Below, one piece after another: positions 25,428 through 34,619 of a stretch of 64,000 nucleotides of DNA. The notes under the pieces are model-generated. The model had not been told where the DNA came from and did not search any database. It was given only the letters and a program-made list of their open reading frames with translations. Positions within the stretch are counted from its first letter, which is position 1, and each line of letters begins with the position of its first letter. A program made the position numbers and the translations under genes. The stretch lies in the NCBI GenBank assembly GCA_041747855.1, contig JBGTEJ010000050.1:30127-94126 (forward strand), read 5' to 3'. The stretch comes from Acidimicrobiia bacterium. GTDB taxonomy: Bacteria > Actinomycetota > Acidimicrobiia > Spongiisociales > ZC4RG35.

Positions 25428-26426
25428 TCAGGTTTCAGATTTGGCTTGACGGGTCATCAGGCTCAGGACCGCGTCCTTCGGGTGAACACCTTCGTTCAAC
25501 ACCATCGATACATGCTCGGCGATGGGCATCTCGACACCAACTCGCTCGGCCAACCCGAGAACTGATGTGGTGGTCTTCACCCCCTCGGCGACCATACGCA
25601 TCTCGGAAATGATGTCTTCGAGACTCCTGCCTTTGGCGAGATGGAAGCCGACCTGATGGTTCCGGCTCCGTGGTGAAATGCATGTGGCAATGAGGTCTCC
25701 CATGCCAGCGAGACCGGCGAAGGTGGAAGGTCGGCCCCCGAGAGAGGTTCCGAGACGGGTCAGTTCGGCCAGTGCCCTGGTGATGAGGGTGGCCCTGGTG
25801 TTGTCCCCGAATCCGAGACCATCGGACATCCCTGCCGCGATGGCCATGACGTTCTTGAGCGCCCCACCCAGCTCGCAGCCGGTGACATCGTCGTTGGTGT
25901 ACACCCGGAAAGTCGGCCCCATGAGGGCGGCTTGAACCGCCAGAGCCGCCCTGTTGTCGATCATCGCCACCACCGATGCCGTTGGCTGACCGGCGGCGAC
26001 CTCCGATGCGAGATTCGGGCCGGTGAGCACCCCCACGACCCCAGGGTTGTGGTCGGGGGACTCATCGAGGATCACACCCGTCATGGTTGCGAGTGTCTCC
26101 AACTCGATGCCCTTGGTGAGCGAGACCACCGCGGTGTCCCTCGCAATCAGGGGGGCCAACAGGGAGTAGACCTGACGAAATCCATGTGAAGGGACCGCGA
26201 TGACCACAGCACTTGCCCCGTCGACGGCTTCCTCGAGGGACGACGTCGCACTCAGCCGGTCGGGGAGGGTTCGTCCAGGGAGATATTGGGAATTGGAACC
26301 GGTAGACCTGATCTCTGTGACCAACTCCGGCCGACGAGCCCACAGCGTGGTATCTGTCCGTTCGGCACACAACGCCGCCACCATGGTGCCCCACGACCCC
26401 GCACCGACGACCGCCACCTTCTCCAT
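25428..26426 (-). CDS. gpsA: NAD(P)H-dependent glycerol-3-phosphate dehydrogenase
   Basis: The start is trimmed to MEKVAVVGAGSWGT (Rossmann motif). GpsA blocks LKNV.AIAAG, GDLI.TC and SRN are present. Confidence 0.9.
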   Translation of the reverse strand: MEKVAVVGAGSWGTMVAALCAERTDTTLWARRPELVTEIRSTGSNSQYLPGRTLPDRLSATSSLEEAVDGASAVVIAVPSHGFRQVYSLLAPLIARDTAVVSLTKGIELETLATMTGVILDESPDHNPGVVGVLTGPNLASEVAAGQPTASVVAMIDNRAALAVQAALMGPTFRVYTNDDVTGCELGGALKNVMAIAAGMSDGLGFGDNTRATLITRALAELTRLGTSLGGRPSTFAGLAGMGDLIATCISPRSRNHQVGFHLAKGRSLEDIISEMRMVAEGVKTTTSVLGLAERVGVEMPIAEHVSMVLNEGVHPKDAVLSLMTRQAKSET

Positions 26427-26479
26427 GGGCGAAACGCTAGCCCAAGGTAGAACGGCGGCATCCCTAACCTCGACCGATC

Positions 26480-27562
26480 GTGAGTCTCTCCATCGGTATT
26501 GTCGGGTTGCCCAATGTCGGCAAGTCCACACTGTTCAACGCCCTGACCAGTGCCGGGGCCCTTGCGGCCAACTATCCGTTCGCCACTATCGAGCCGAACG
26601 TCGGTGTGGTGCCCATCCCGGATGAGCGTCTGGCAGTACTCGCCGGTATGTTCGGGTCGCCTCGGGTGACCCCGGCCACGGTCCGGTTTGTCGACATCGC
26701 CGGACTGGTGCAGGGTGCCAGTCAGGGTGAAGGTTTGGGGAATCAGTTCCTGGGCAACATCCGTGACGTGAGTGCGATCTGCCACGTGGTCCGTGCTTTC
26801 GGGTCATCACAGGTGACCCATGTCGAGGAGTCGGTTGACCCCGAGCGTGACATCTCCATCGTCGAGACCGAATTGGCCCTAGCTGACCTGGACACAGTCG
26901 AGCGTCGTCTGGCACGACTCGAGAAGGAGGCCACGATCGACAAGACACTCCAAGCGCAGGTGTCCTTATACCGCGAGCTCAGGGACCTAGTGGCATCTGG
27001 TCGAATGGTGAGCTCCCGACCACCCCTGATGGCCCGGACCGACGAGTTCGCCGACCTCCATCTCTTGACCGCCAAGCCGATCATCTATGTGTTCAACGCC
27101 GATCAAGAGTTGCTCGACGACGAGGAGCGCATGACCCAGCTCAGAGATCTGGTGGCCCCCGCAGAGGCGTTGTTCCTCGACGGCCAGCTGGAAGCCGAGC
27201 TCGCCGGCATGACCCGGTCGGAGAGGGAAGAGTTGCTTCAAGAGTCGGGTATGGGGGAGCCCGGTCTCAGTCAGGTGGTTCGGAGTGCTTACCGCACATT
27301 GGGTCTGCAGAGTTACCTCACTACCGGGCCGAAAGAAACACGCGCCTGGACGATCAGGGCGGGTGCTACCGCTCCCGAGGCTGCTGGGGAGATCCACACG
27401 GACTTTCAGCGTGGCTTCATCGCCGCCGAGGTGGTCGACTTCGACCGTCTGGTAGCTGCGGGGTCGTGGAACGCGGCTCGGGCCGGGGGCCTGGTGCGGT
27501 CCGAGGGAAAGGGTTACGTGATGAAGCCCAACGACGTTGTCGAGTTCCGTTTCAACGTCTAG
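26480..27562 (+). CDS. ychF: Ribosome-binding ATPase YchF
   Basis: It has IGIVGLPNVGKSTLFNALT, DIAGLV.GAS.GEGLGN.FL and the C-terminal TGS-like GYVMKPNDVVEFRFNV. The start is GTG. Confidence 0.95.
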   Translation: MSLSIGIVGLPNVGKSTLFNALTSAGALAANYPFATIEPNVGVVPIPDERLAVLAGMFGSPRVTPATVRFVDIAGLVQGASQGEGLGNQFLGNIRDVSAICHVVRAFGSSQVTHVEESVDPERDISIVETELALADLDTVERRLARLEKEATIDKTLQAQVSLYRELRDLVASGRMVSSRPPLMARTDEFADLHLLTAKPIIYVFNADQELLDDEERMTQLRDLVAPAEALFLDGQLEAELAGMTRSEREELLQESGMGEPGLSQVVRSAYRTLGLQSYLTTGPKETRAWTIRAGATAPEAAGEIHTDFQRGFIAAEVVDFDRLVAAGSWNAARAGGLVRSEGKGYVMKPNDVVEFRFNV

Positions 27563-27595
27563 CGGCTCCGCAGGTACAATCACCTTGCCATAGAT

Positions 27596-27720
27596 GCCGT
27601 CGGGAGAGCCTCGTCGGAGGCGCCGAAGGGGCAACACCTTCCCGGAAACTCTCAGGCGCAGCGGACCGATCGGCAGAGGCACGCTGAAGGTGACGACAGC
27701 TGGGAAGGGCGACAGACCCT
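27596..27720 (+). promoter_or_regulatory. Glycine riboswitch (one clear aptamer 27596-27674 plus a degenerate downstream element)
   Basis: The glycine aptamer signature was read directly: GGGAGAG, the P2 hairpin CCUC-GUCG-GAGG, CGCCGAAGGGGCAA, CUCAGGCGCAGCGGAC and closing P1 (GCCGUCG / CGAUCGGC). It lies in the 5' leader of gcvP, the classical regulated gene. Confidence 0.85.
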
Positions 27721-27731
27721 ACGGAGACCAG

Positions 27732-30560
27732 ATGTTTGCACCACCTCAACCCAGTTTCGTAGACCGCCATATCGGTCCCAGGCATGCCGATTTGGAGAAG
27801 ATGTTGGCCACTGTCGGCGCCGAGTCCTTGGACGACCTGGTCGCATCGACCGTGCCCGCATCCATCCTCGACCGGTCACTCGAACTCCCCGCGCCTCTGA
27901 GTGAACCGGAACTGATGGACCACATGGGAGTCCTCGCCTCGAAGAACCAGATTCTCCGATCGCTGATCGGCCTTGGCTATCACGACACCCATACGCCGCC
28001 CGTGATAGCCCGCAACGTGTTGGAAGACCCGGCTTGGTACACCGCGTATACGCCCTACCAGCCGGAGATATCGCAGGGGCGTCTCGAGGCGTTGCTCAAT
28101 TTCCAGACGATGGTCTCAGACCTGACCGGGATGGATGTTGCGAATGCATCTCTCCTCGACGGGCCGACGGCGGCTGCGGAGGGTATGAGTATGGCCAACC
28201 GGTTGCACAGGGGTGATCGAGGGGTCTTCTACATCGACCCGGACTGTCATCCGGCGACACGCGAAGTGGTGCGGACCCGTGCCGGAGCCGTGGGGGTGGA
28301 GATCAGGGTCCTGGCCGACGACTCTGAACCAGAGGTAGCTTTTGGCGTGCTGCTGGCCTACCCCGGTAGTTCAGGGGCACTGGTCGATCACACCGACACC
28401 ATCTCCAGATTCAAGGAGGCTGGTGCCCTTGTTCTGGTCACCACGGACCTCCTGGCCACGACCCTGATCACCCCGCCCGGGGAACTTGGTGCCGACATAG
28501 CGGTCGGTTCGGCTCAGCGTTTTGGTGTCCCTATGGGTTATGGCGGACCCCATGCCGGGTTCATTGCCTGTCGGAACGCTCACGTGAGGGCGTTGCCCGG
28601 TCGTCTCGTCGGAGTCTCGACCGATACCGCGGGCAGGATGGCTTACCGTCTGGCGCTTCAGACACGCGAGCAGCACATCCGTCGCGAGAAGGCCACTTCC
28701 AATGTGTGTACCGCCCAGGTGTTACTGGCCGTGGTCTCGGGGTTGTACGGGTGCTGGCACGGTGCCGATGGTCTGAAGACGATCGCCAGCGAAGTCAATC
28801 GCTTGACAGGGCGGTTGGCGGCGGCAGCCAAGTCGGCCGGTCTCGAAGTCAATGAGACGTGGTTCGACACACTGACCGTGTCGGTCCCGGGAAGGGCCGA
28901 TGATGTGCTCACCTCAGCCCTGGGCCGGGGTTTCAATCTCGGTCGACCCGACAGCGACCATGTTCGTGTGGCGTTCGACGAGACATGTGACGACGGGGTG
29001 GTCGACACACTTCTAGAAGTCCTCGGCATCGCCCCTGACGGGGCGGCGGAGGGGATTCCAGCGTCGATGTCCCGTAATAGTCCCTTCATGACCCACCCGG
29101 TCTTCGACATGTACCACTCGGAGCACGAGATGCTCCGTTATCTGCGGAAACTTGCCGACAAGGACCTCGCCCTCGATCGGACCATGATCCCGCTCGGTTC
29201 CTGCACCATGAAGTTGAATGCCACCTCGGAGATGGTTCCGATGACCTGGCGTCAGTTCTCCGGACTCCATCCCTATGCGCCAATTGATCAGGCCGCCGGC
29301 TACATGGAGCTGATCCGGGAGCTGGAGGACTATCTGGTCGAGATCACCGGGTACGACCGGGTCTCGCTGCAACCCAATGCCGGTTCCCAGGGTGAACTGG
29401 CGGGACTGCTCGCCATCGCCGCCTATCACCACTCCCGGGACGAGGGTCATCGACGGGTGTGTCTCATCCCGGCCTCGGCCCACGGGACGAATGCGGCGTC
29501 GGCGGTGATGGCCGGGATGGAAGTTGTCGTCGTGGCCACGGACTCGTCGGGGAACATCGATCTGGAGGACCTGGAGAAAAAGGCGGTCGACAATCGCGAT
29601 CGTCTTGCCGCGGCGATGGTCACTTATCCGTCCACACACGGTGTCTTCGAACCGGGGATCAGACGGCTCGCCGACATAGTTCACGAATACGGAGGTCAGG
29701 TGTATGTGGATGGTGCCAACCTGAACGCTTTGGTCGGTCTGGCCAAGCCAGGCGATTTCGGGGCGGACTGCGGGCATCTCAACCTTCACAAGACTTTCAC
29801 CATTCCTCACGGGGGTGGGGGCCCGGGGATGGGACCGATCGGCGTCAAGCGTCATCTTGCCCCGTTCCTCCCCAACCACCCGTTGGTCGAAGACGCAGGG
29901 CCTGACACCGGGATCGGGCCGATCTCCGGCGCCCCGTTCGGTTCGGCAGGAATCCTGCCCATCCCGTACGCATACATCAGGCTGATGGGTGCCGAAGGTC
30001 TGCGACGCGCCTCGTCGGTGGCGATACTGTCGGCCAACTATCTGGCTCGGAGGCTGGATCCATACTTCCCCGTGCTCTACACCGGACAGGGTGGAAGGGT
30101 GGCACATGAGTGCATCCTCGATGTCAGACCGCTCAGCCGGGAAACCGGGGTCACGGCCGAAGATGTGGCCAAGCGTCTCGCCGATTACGGCTTTCATTCC
30201 CCGACCTTGTCTTTCCCGGTGCCGGGAACACTGATGATCGAACCCACCGAGTCGGAGAGCCTGGAAGAACTGGAACGGTTCTGTGCCGCCATGATCGCCA
30301 TCCGTGAGGAGGCCGATCGGGTCGGGCGCGGTGAATGGCCAAGGGATGACAACCCCCTCGTCAACGCACCTCATACCGCCGAGGACGTGGTGGATGACGA
30401 CTGGGATCGGCCCTACACCCGAGAAGAGGCCGCCTACCCCTTGTCCTCGTTGAGGGCGGTCAAATATTGGCCTCCGGTCGGGCGGATCGACGGTCCGGGT
30501 GGGGATCGGAACCTGGTTTGCTCATGTCCTCCCCTGGAGTCATACACTTCAAGCTCTTGA
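27732..30560 (+). CDS. gcvP: Glycine dehydrogenase (decarboxylating), glycine cleavage system P protein
   Basis: The start is trimmed to [16 protein letters not shown] (ATG 27732, GGAGA 5 nt upstream), because the track ORF start at 27594 lies inside the riboswitch. GcvP blocks are present, including the PLP-lysine region [18 protein letters not shown]. Confidence 0.95.
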   Translation: MFAPPQPSFVDRHIGPRHADLEKMLATVGAESLDDLVASTVPASILDRSLELPAPLSEPELMDHMGVLASKNQILRSLIGLGYHDTHTPPVIARNVLEDPAWYTAYTPYQPEISQGRLEALLNFQTMVSDLTGMDVANASLLDGPTAAAEGMSMANRLHRGDRGVFYIDPDCHPATREVVRTRAGAVGVEIRVLADDSEPEVAFGVLLAYPGSSGALVDHTDTISRFKEAGALVLVTTDLLATTLITPPGELGADIAVGSAQRFGVPMGYGGPHAGFIACRNAHVRALPGRLVGVSTDTAGRMAYRLALQTREQHIRREKATSNVCTAQVLLAVVSGLYGCWHGADGLKTIASEVNRLTGRLAAAAKSAGLEVNETWFDTLTVSVPGRADDVLTSALGRGFNLGRPDSDHVRVAFDETCDDGVVDTLLEVLGIAPDGAAEGIPASMSRNSPFMTHPVFDMYHSEHEMLRYLRKLADKDLALDRTMIPLGSCTMKLNATSEMVPMTWRQFSGLHPYAPIDQAAGYMELIRELEDYLVEITGYDRVSLQPNAGSQGELAGLLAIAAYHHSRDEGHRRVCLIPASAHGTNAASAVMAGMEVVVVATDSSGNIDLEDLEKKAVDNRDRLAAAMVTYPSTHGVFEPGIRRLADIVHEYGGQVYVDGANLNALVGLAKPGDFGADCGHLNLHKTFTIPHGGGGPGMGPIGVKRHLAPFLPNHPLVEDAGPDTGIGPISGAPFGSAGILPIPYAYIRLMGAEGLRRASSVAILSANYLARRLDPYFPVLYTGQGGRVAHECILDVRPLSRETGVTAEDVAKRLADYGFHSPTLSFPVPGTLMIEPTESESLEELERFCAAMIAIREEADRVGRGEWPRDDNPLVNAPHTAEDVVDDDWDRPYTREEAAYPLSSLRAVKYWPPVGRIDGPGGDRNLVCSCPPLESYTSSS

Positions 30561-30631
30561 CCGAGAGCGGGTGTAGTGGGATCGTTTAAGACCGACAATC
30601 CGGGAAGAATGGGCGACATGAGAGGGCGACG

Positions 30632-32137
30632 GTGAAATTCGCCGGGGAATTACGTATCCCCGACATCGACCACCCGGGGATTCCGGCGGCAGTCGTCATC
30701 GACGACACGCATATCGAGATCGTTCTCGATGGTGAGTCCTTGGGGAAATGGTCGTTGTACGACGTGCGTGCCCGGAGACTGATCTCCAAGGCGTTCGCCC
30801 TCGATCTGGCCGGCGAGGATGTCACGTTCTTGTCCGAGGAACCGGTCGATTTCGCCTATCGAGGCGTGGAGAGGATGGCCCAGGTCTGGGCCCAGTTCAA
30901 GACCATGCGTGGTCCCCAACGGATGCTTGCGGTCCGTCGATCACGTTCGAGGGCGACCCCGTCCCGCGTCTCCGAGCTGCGTGCCGCCATGGAGGCCAAC
31001 CTTGCAGCCCAAAGAAATGCACGTCCTGCCCCGAAGGTAGAGCCGGCGGTGGAAGCGACTCCTTCGGTACCACCACCCAACCGACGACCGGCCCAACCGT
31101 CTTCTGTGTTCAAAGACCCGGATGAGGTCCCGGTTCAACCGACGACAGAGACTCAGCCCGGGACATCGGTGGCATCGGTTAGGAGTGCAAAACGTCGTGA
31201 CGAGATCGATGCCAGGAAGCGGTTGGACGCTCTTCGCCAGGAAGCCGTAGAGAGGGACAACAAGCGGATCGAGGCCTTCCGGGCCGAGATGGCCAAGCTC
31301 GAGGCCGAGAGGTCTGAGGCAGAACGCGTCGCCGCGGAGTATCAGACGAATCGCGCCACCGAACTGGAACGTCTCAAGACCGAGATGCGTGTGCTCAAGG
31401 AAAGGGAGGCGGGGCTGGCGAAGGGTGACACTGCCGGTCTCGAAGCACTCCACATCGCGATTGAGCAAATCGAGACTCACCGCCACAGTCTCGAACAATC
31501 CAATCTCGATGCAGTCAGAAAGTTACATTCGTTCGAGGTCAAACGCACCGAACTCGAGCGCCGGGAAGCCGCTAGATGGCAGTCACATCGAAGGGAGATG
31601 GAGCGGATCAAGGCGGAGATGGTTCTCCTCGACCGTGCTGACGCCGGTCAAGCGGACCGGCAGGACGAGGTGAATCCCTTCATGGAGGAGGAAGTCGCGT
31701 CGCCGGTGGACGAGACGATCGCAGATCCCCCTCCCGAGGAGAGCCAGACTGACCTGTCCGACGATGACGGGGCCCAAATCGCAGATCCCCCTTCCGAGGA
31801 AGGGCACGCCGCCGAGGTCTCTGAAGAATCCGCCGACGCTGAATCGATCGAGGTTGCTGAGGAGCTTGCTTCGGCTGAGGTGGTTGAAGTGGTGGCTGTC
31901 GAATTGGTGGATGCCGCCGCGCTACGCAACCCAGCGACTGTCACCCCAGCGCCGCTCAAGGAAGCCGCCGCGGGTGACAGGAAGAGGGGTGGTTTGGTTG
32001 GCTCGGTGAGGTCGGCCTTCCTGCGTGACGGCAAGGAGCATGAGCACATCTTCGTCAGTGCGCCGGCGACTCTCGGTCTGACCAGGTCTATTTGTAGCGA
32101 GTGTGGCTACGTGTCAATCGGCGCAGCTCAAGACTGA
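30632..32137 (+). CDS. Hypothetical protein: small N-terminal beta-rich domain, Pro-rich linker, long E/R-rich coiled coil, acidic repeat tail
   Basis: This 501-aa ORF has a GTG start and coding-like composition throughout. No family was recognised. An internal direct repeat ATCGCAGATCCCCCT(C/T)CCGAGGA occurs about 59 nt apart near 31720-31800 (IADPPPEE / IADPPSEE). Confidence 0.6.
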   Translation: MKFAGELRIPDIDHPGIPAAVVIDDTHIEIVLDGESLGKWSLYDVRARRLISKAFALDLAGEDVTFLSEEPVDFAYRGVERMAQVWAQFKTMRGPQRMLAVRRSRSRATPSRVSELRAAMEANLAAQRNARPAPKVEPAVEATPSVPPPNRRPAQPSSVFKDPDEVPVQPTTETQPGTSVASVRSAKRRDEIDARKRLDALRQEAVERDNKRIEAFRAEMAKLEAERSEAERVAAEYQTNRATELERLKTEMRVLKEREAGLAKGDTAGLEALHIAIEQIETHRHSLEQSNLDAVRKLHSFEVKRTELERREAARWQSHRREMERIKAEMVLLDRADAGQADRQDEVNPFMEEEVASPVDETIADPPPEESQTDLSDDDGAQIADPPSEEGHAAEVSEESADAESIEVAEELASAEVVEVVAVELVDAAALRNPATVTPAPLKEAAAGDRKRGGLVGSVRSAFLRDGKEHEHIFVSAPATLGLTRSICSECGYVSIGAAQD

Positions 32138-32290
32138 GAGCGCAGTCAGGGAGAATGACGTCCTGGCCTTCTGCCACTTCTCCTTGGGATCCCTCCGGAA
32201 GTAGCGAAGGGGTCCGGCCCGTGGGTCTTGACCAGATCGCATACCTCTATCACGGGACCCAAGGGCGGGGAGGTTACCCTCTTGCCCATC

Positions 32291-33334
32291 GTGACCGTTA
32301 TCCGTCCGGTGATTCTCTCAGGTGGCTCAGGCACACGTCTCTGGCCACTGTCCACGATCAATCAGCCGAAGCAGTTCGCCCCCCTGGTTGGATCGGGCTC
32401 CCTCTTCGAGGCGACTGTGAGGCGGGTCGATGGCCTAGCAGGTGCTCTCGATCCGACTGTCGTTGCTGGCGCCGATCATCTCGGTCAAATCCGCGAGTGC
32501 TTCGTGAAGATGGGGCGGAGTCCTGGGTTGGTGGTGATCGAACCGGAAGGCAGGAACACCGCACCGGCGATCGCTGCCGCCGCCCTGACCAGTCAGCCCG
32601 ACGACGTCATGGTCATCCTCCCGGCCGACCACTTGATCGTCGACGTCGAGGGGTTCCGGGCCCGTCTGATGGATGCCGTCGGGTTAGCTGAAACTGGGCA
32701 CATCGTCACGTTCGGGGTGGTTCCCGTTCGACCCGAGACCGGTTACGGCTATATCGAGACGGGGGATCCGGTCGGGTCCGGACTCAGGCTCACCCGCTTC
32801 AAGGAGAAACCCGGACCCGAAGAGGCAGAGTCGATGATGGGAGACGGGCTCCACTTGTGGAACTCAGGGATGTTCGTGGCCCGGGCCGGAACTGTCATCG
32901 ACGAGATGGACGAGCACTGCCCGACGGTCATCGGCCCGGTCCGTCACGCGTTGACCGCCGCCGCGGTAGACCGGTTGATCCGTCTCGGAGCAGACTTCGG
33001 TAGGGCCGAAGGGATCTCGTTCGACCATGCCGTGATGGAGCGGACCGATCGTGGCGTGGTGCTACCGATCGATGTCGGATGGAGCGACATCGGATCGTTC
33101 CTCGCTCTCTACGCCTCTGAGGTCAAGGATGAGCACGGCAACGTGGTCTCCGGGAAAGTGATCCTCGACGGTGTCAGCGGGTCTTATGTCAGGGCCGGCT
33201 CGCGGATAGTGGCTGTAGCCGGGATTTCGGACGTCGTTGTGATCGAGACCGAAGATGCCGTCCTGGTGTTGCCCATTGACCGCTCTCAGGATGTCCGCGG
33301 TCTCGCCGAGAGGGCACGGCGGTTTGAAGGTTGA
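32291..33334 (+). CDS. manC: Mannose-1-phosphate guanylyltransferase (GDP-mannose pyrophosphorylase)
   Basis: It has the nucleotidyltransferase N-terminus VILSGGSGTRLWPLS, plus PADH, YGYI, FKEKP and WNSGMF. The start is uncertain (GTG 32291 chosen; the track starts at TTG 32228). There is no C-terminal isomerase domain. Confidence 0.85.
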   Translation: MTVIRPVILSGGSGTRLWPLSTINQPKQFAPLVGSGSLFEATVRRVDGLAGALDPTVVAGADHLGQIRECFVKMGRSPGLVVIEPEGRNTAPAIAAAALTSQPDDVMVILPADHLIVDVEGFRARLMDAVGLAETGHIVTFGVVPVRPETGYGYIETGDPVGSGLRLTRFKEKPGPEEAESMMGDGLHLWNSGMFVARAGTVIDEMDEHCPTVIGPVRHALTAAAVDRLIRLGADFGRAEGISFDHAVMERTDRGVVLPIDVGWSDIGSFLALYASEVKDEHGNVVSGKVILDGVSGSYVRAGSRIVAVAGISDVVVIETEDAVLVLPIDRSQDVRGLAERARRFEG

Positions 33335-33363
33335 CCCGTGTCCGGGCATACCATCAGGCAAAG

Positions 33364-33666
33364 ATGAGGCGTCTTGTCCCCCTTCTGCTGGCTCTGGTCA
33401 TCTCTGCCTGCAATGGTGGCCCACCGTCCAATGCGTCCGGATCCCAGGTCTACACACAGGTATGCGCAACCTGTCATTCCGCCGACTTCTCTGGTGGGAT
33501 CGGGCCGGCATTGGGTCCCGGTTCCAACTCGGCGAACCAGCCGGATGAGTTCTTGATAACCACGATCACCCACGGACGTGGACGCATGCCTTCTTTTCGC
33601 ACCACGCTGACCGAGCAGCAAATCCTCGACGTCGTGTCGTACATCCGTGAGGTCCAGTCGGGTTGA
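33364..33666 (+). CDS. Small mono-haem class I c-type cytochrome, probable lipoprotein
   Basis: It has the signal peptide plus lipobox MRRLVPLLLALVISAC, the haem-binding motif CATCH and a distal Met in GRGRMP. An alternative start is TTG 33331, which overlaps the manC stop (TTGA). Confidence 0.8.
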   Translation: MRRLVPLLLALVISACNGGPPSNASGSQVYTQVCATCHSADFSGGIGPALGPGSNSANQPDEFLITTITHGRGRMPSFRTTLTEQQILDVVSYIREVQSG

Positions 33667-34619
33667 GCGCCCCCCTCGAGGCACTGAAGCTCCACCCCTT
33701 GCGTATTCCGATGCGTCATCGATTCCGGAGGGTGGAACACCGGGATGTCGTCCTCATAGAGGGCCCGAACGGATGGGGGGAGTTCTCTCCGTTCCCCGAC
33801 TACCCGACGACGATCACTGCGAGATGGTTGGCCGCAGCACTCGAGCTCGCCTGCGCGGCTCTCCCGGAACCGGGAACGAACCGCGTGGCATGCAATGTGA
33901 CGGTTCCCGCGGTCGACCCGGAGACTGCGGCTGGCCTCGTCTCGGCTTCAGGTGCCACCACCGCCAAGGTCAAGATCGCCGATCCTGGCGATGACGAGAC
34001 GAGCGATCTGGCACGGATCGAGGCCGTTGCCGCGGTGTTGGGCCCAAGTGGTCGGATCCGTGTCGACGTGAACGCTTCCTGGGACCTCGAGACCGCTACA
34101 ACCCGCCTGGAGAGACTCCTTCCTTTCAATCTCGAGTATGTCGAGCAGCCCGTGGCCACCGTTGAAGACATGAAAGAGCTTCGGCGGAGGATCCCCATTC
34201 CAATTGCTGCCGACGAGGTCTTTCGTCAAAGCCCCGACCCCTTGCGGGTCATCGAGGAGGGTGCCGCCGATGTGGTGGTGATGAAAGTCCAGCCGATGGG
34301 TGGAGTCTCGAGGGTGCTCGACCTGGCCAGCCGGTGTCCGGTCCCGGTTGTCATTTCTTCGGCGCTGGAGACTTCGGTGGGGATGTACGGTGGACTTCTG
34401 GCTGGATCGCTGATCGACTCGCCCTACGCATTCGGGCTGGGAACGGTCGCTCTCCTCGCCGGGGACCCCACACCTGACCCGCTGTTGCCTTCGGGCGGCT
34501 TTCTCGAGGTGAGACGACCGATCCCGGACCCGGAGCTTCTCGAGAAGTGGAGGCCCGAGCGCGATCTCGTCGCGTCGTTGCTCAGACGGACGAGGGCCGC
34601 TGCGGAGCTGCTGGCTTGA
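33663..34619 (+). CDS. menC: o-Succinylbenzoate synthase (enolase superfamily)
   Basis: The N-terminus LRIPMRHRFRRVEHRDVVLIEGPNGWGEFSPF is typical of actinobacterial MenC, and enolase-superfamily acidic ligands are present (VDVNASW, EYVEQP, AADE). It lies directly upstream of menD. The TTG start overlaps the upstream stop. Confidence 0.8.
   Translation: MSAPLEALKLHPLRIPMRHRFRRVEHRDVVLIEGPNGWGEFSPFPDYPTTITARWLAAALELACAALPEPGTNRVACNVTVPAVDPETAAGLVSASGATTAKVKIADPGDDETSDLARIEAVAAVLGPSGRIRVDVNASWDLETATTRLERLLPFNLEYVEQPVATVEDMKELRRRIPIPIAADEVFRQSPDPLRVIEEGAADVVVMKVQPMGGVSRVLDLASRCPVPVVISSALETSVGMYGGLLAGSLIDSPYAFGLGTVALLAGDPTPDPLLPSGGFLEVRRPIPDPELLEKWRPERDLVASLLRRTRAAAELLA

Noticed and set aside
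29013-30374. A 453-aa minus-strand ORF lies inside gcvP.
   Set aside because: It is antisense to a highly conserved gene (the PLP-lysine block is on the plus strand), and its composition is typical of shadow ORFs.
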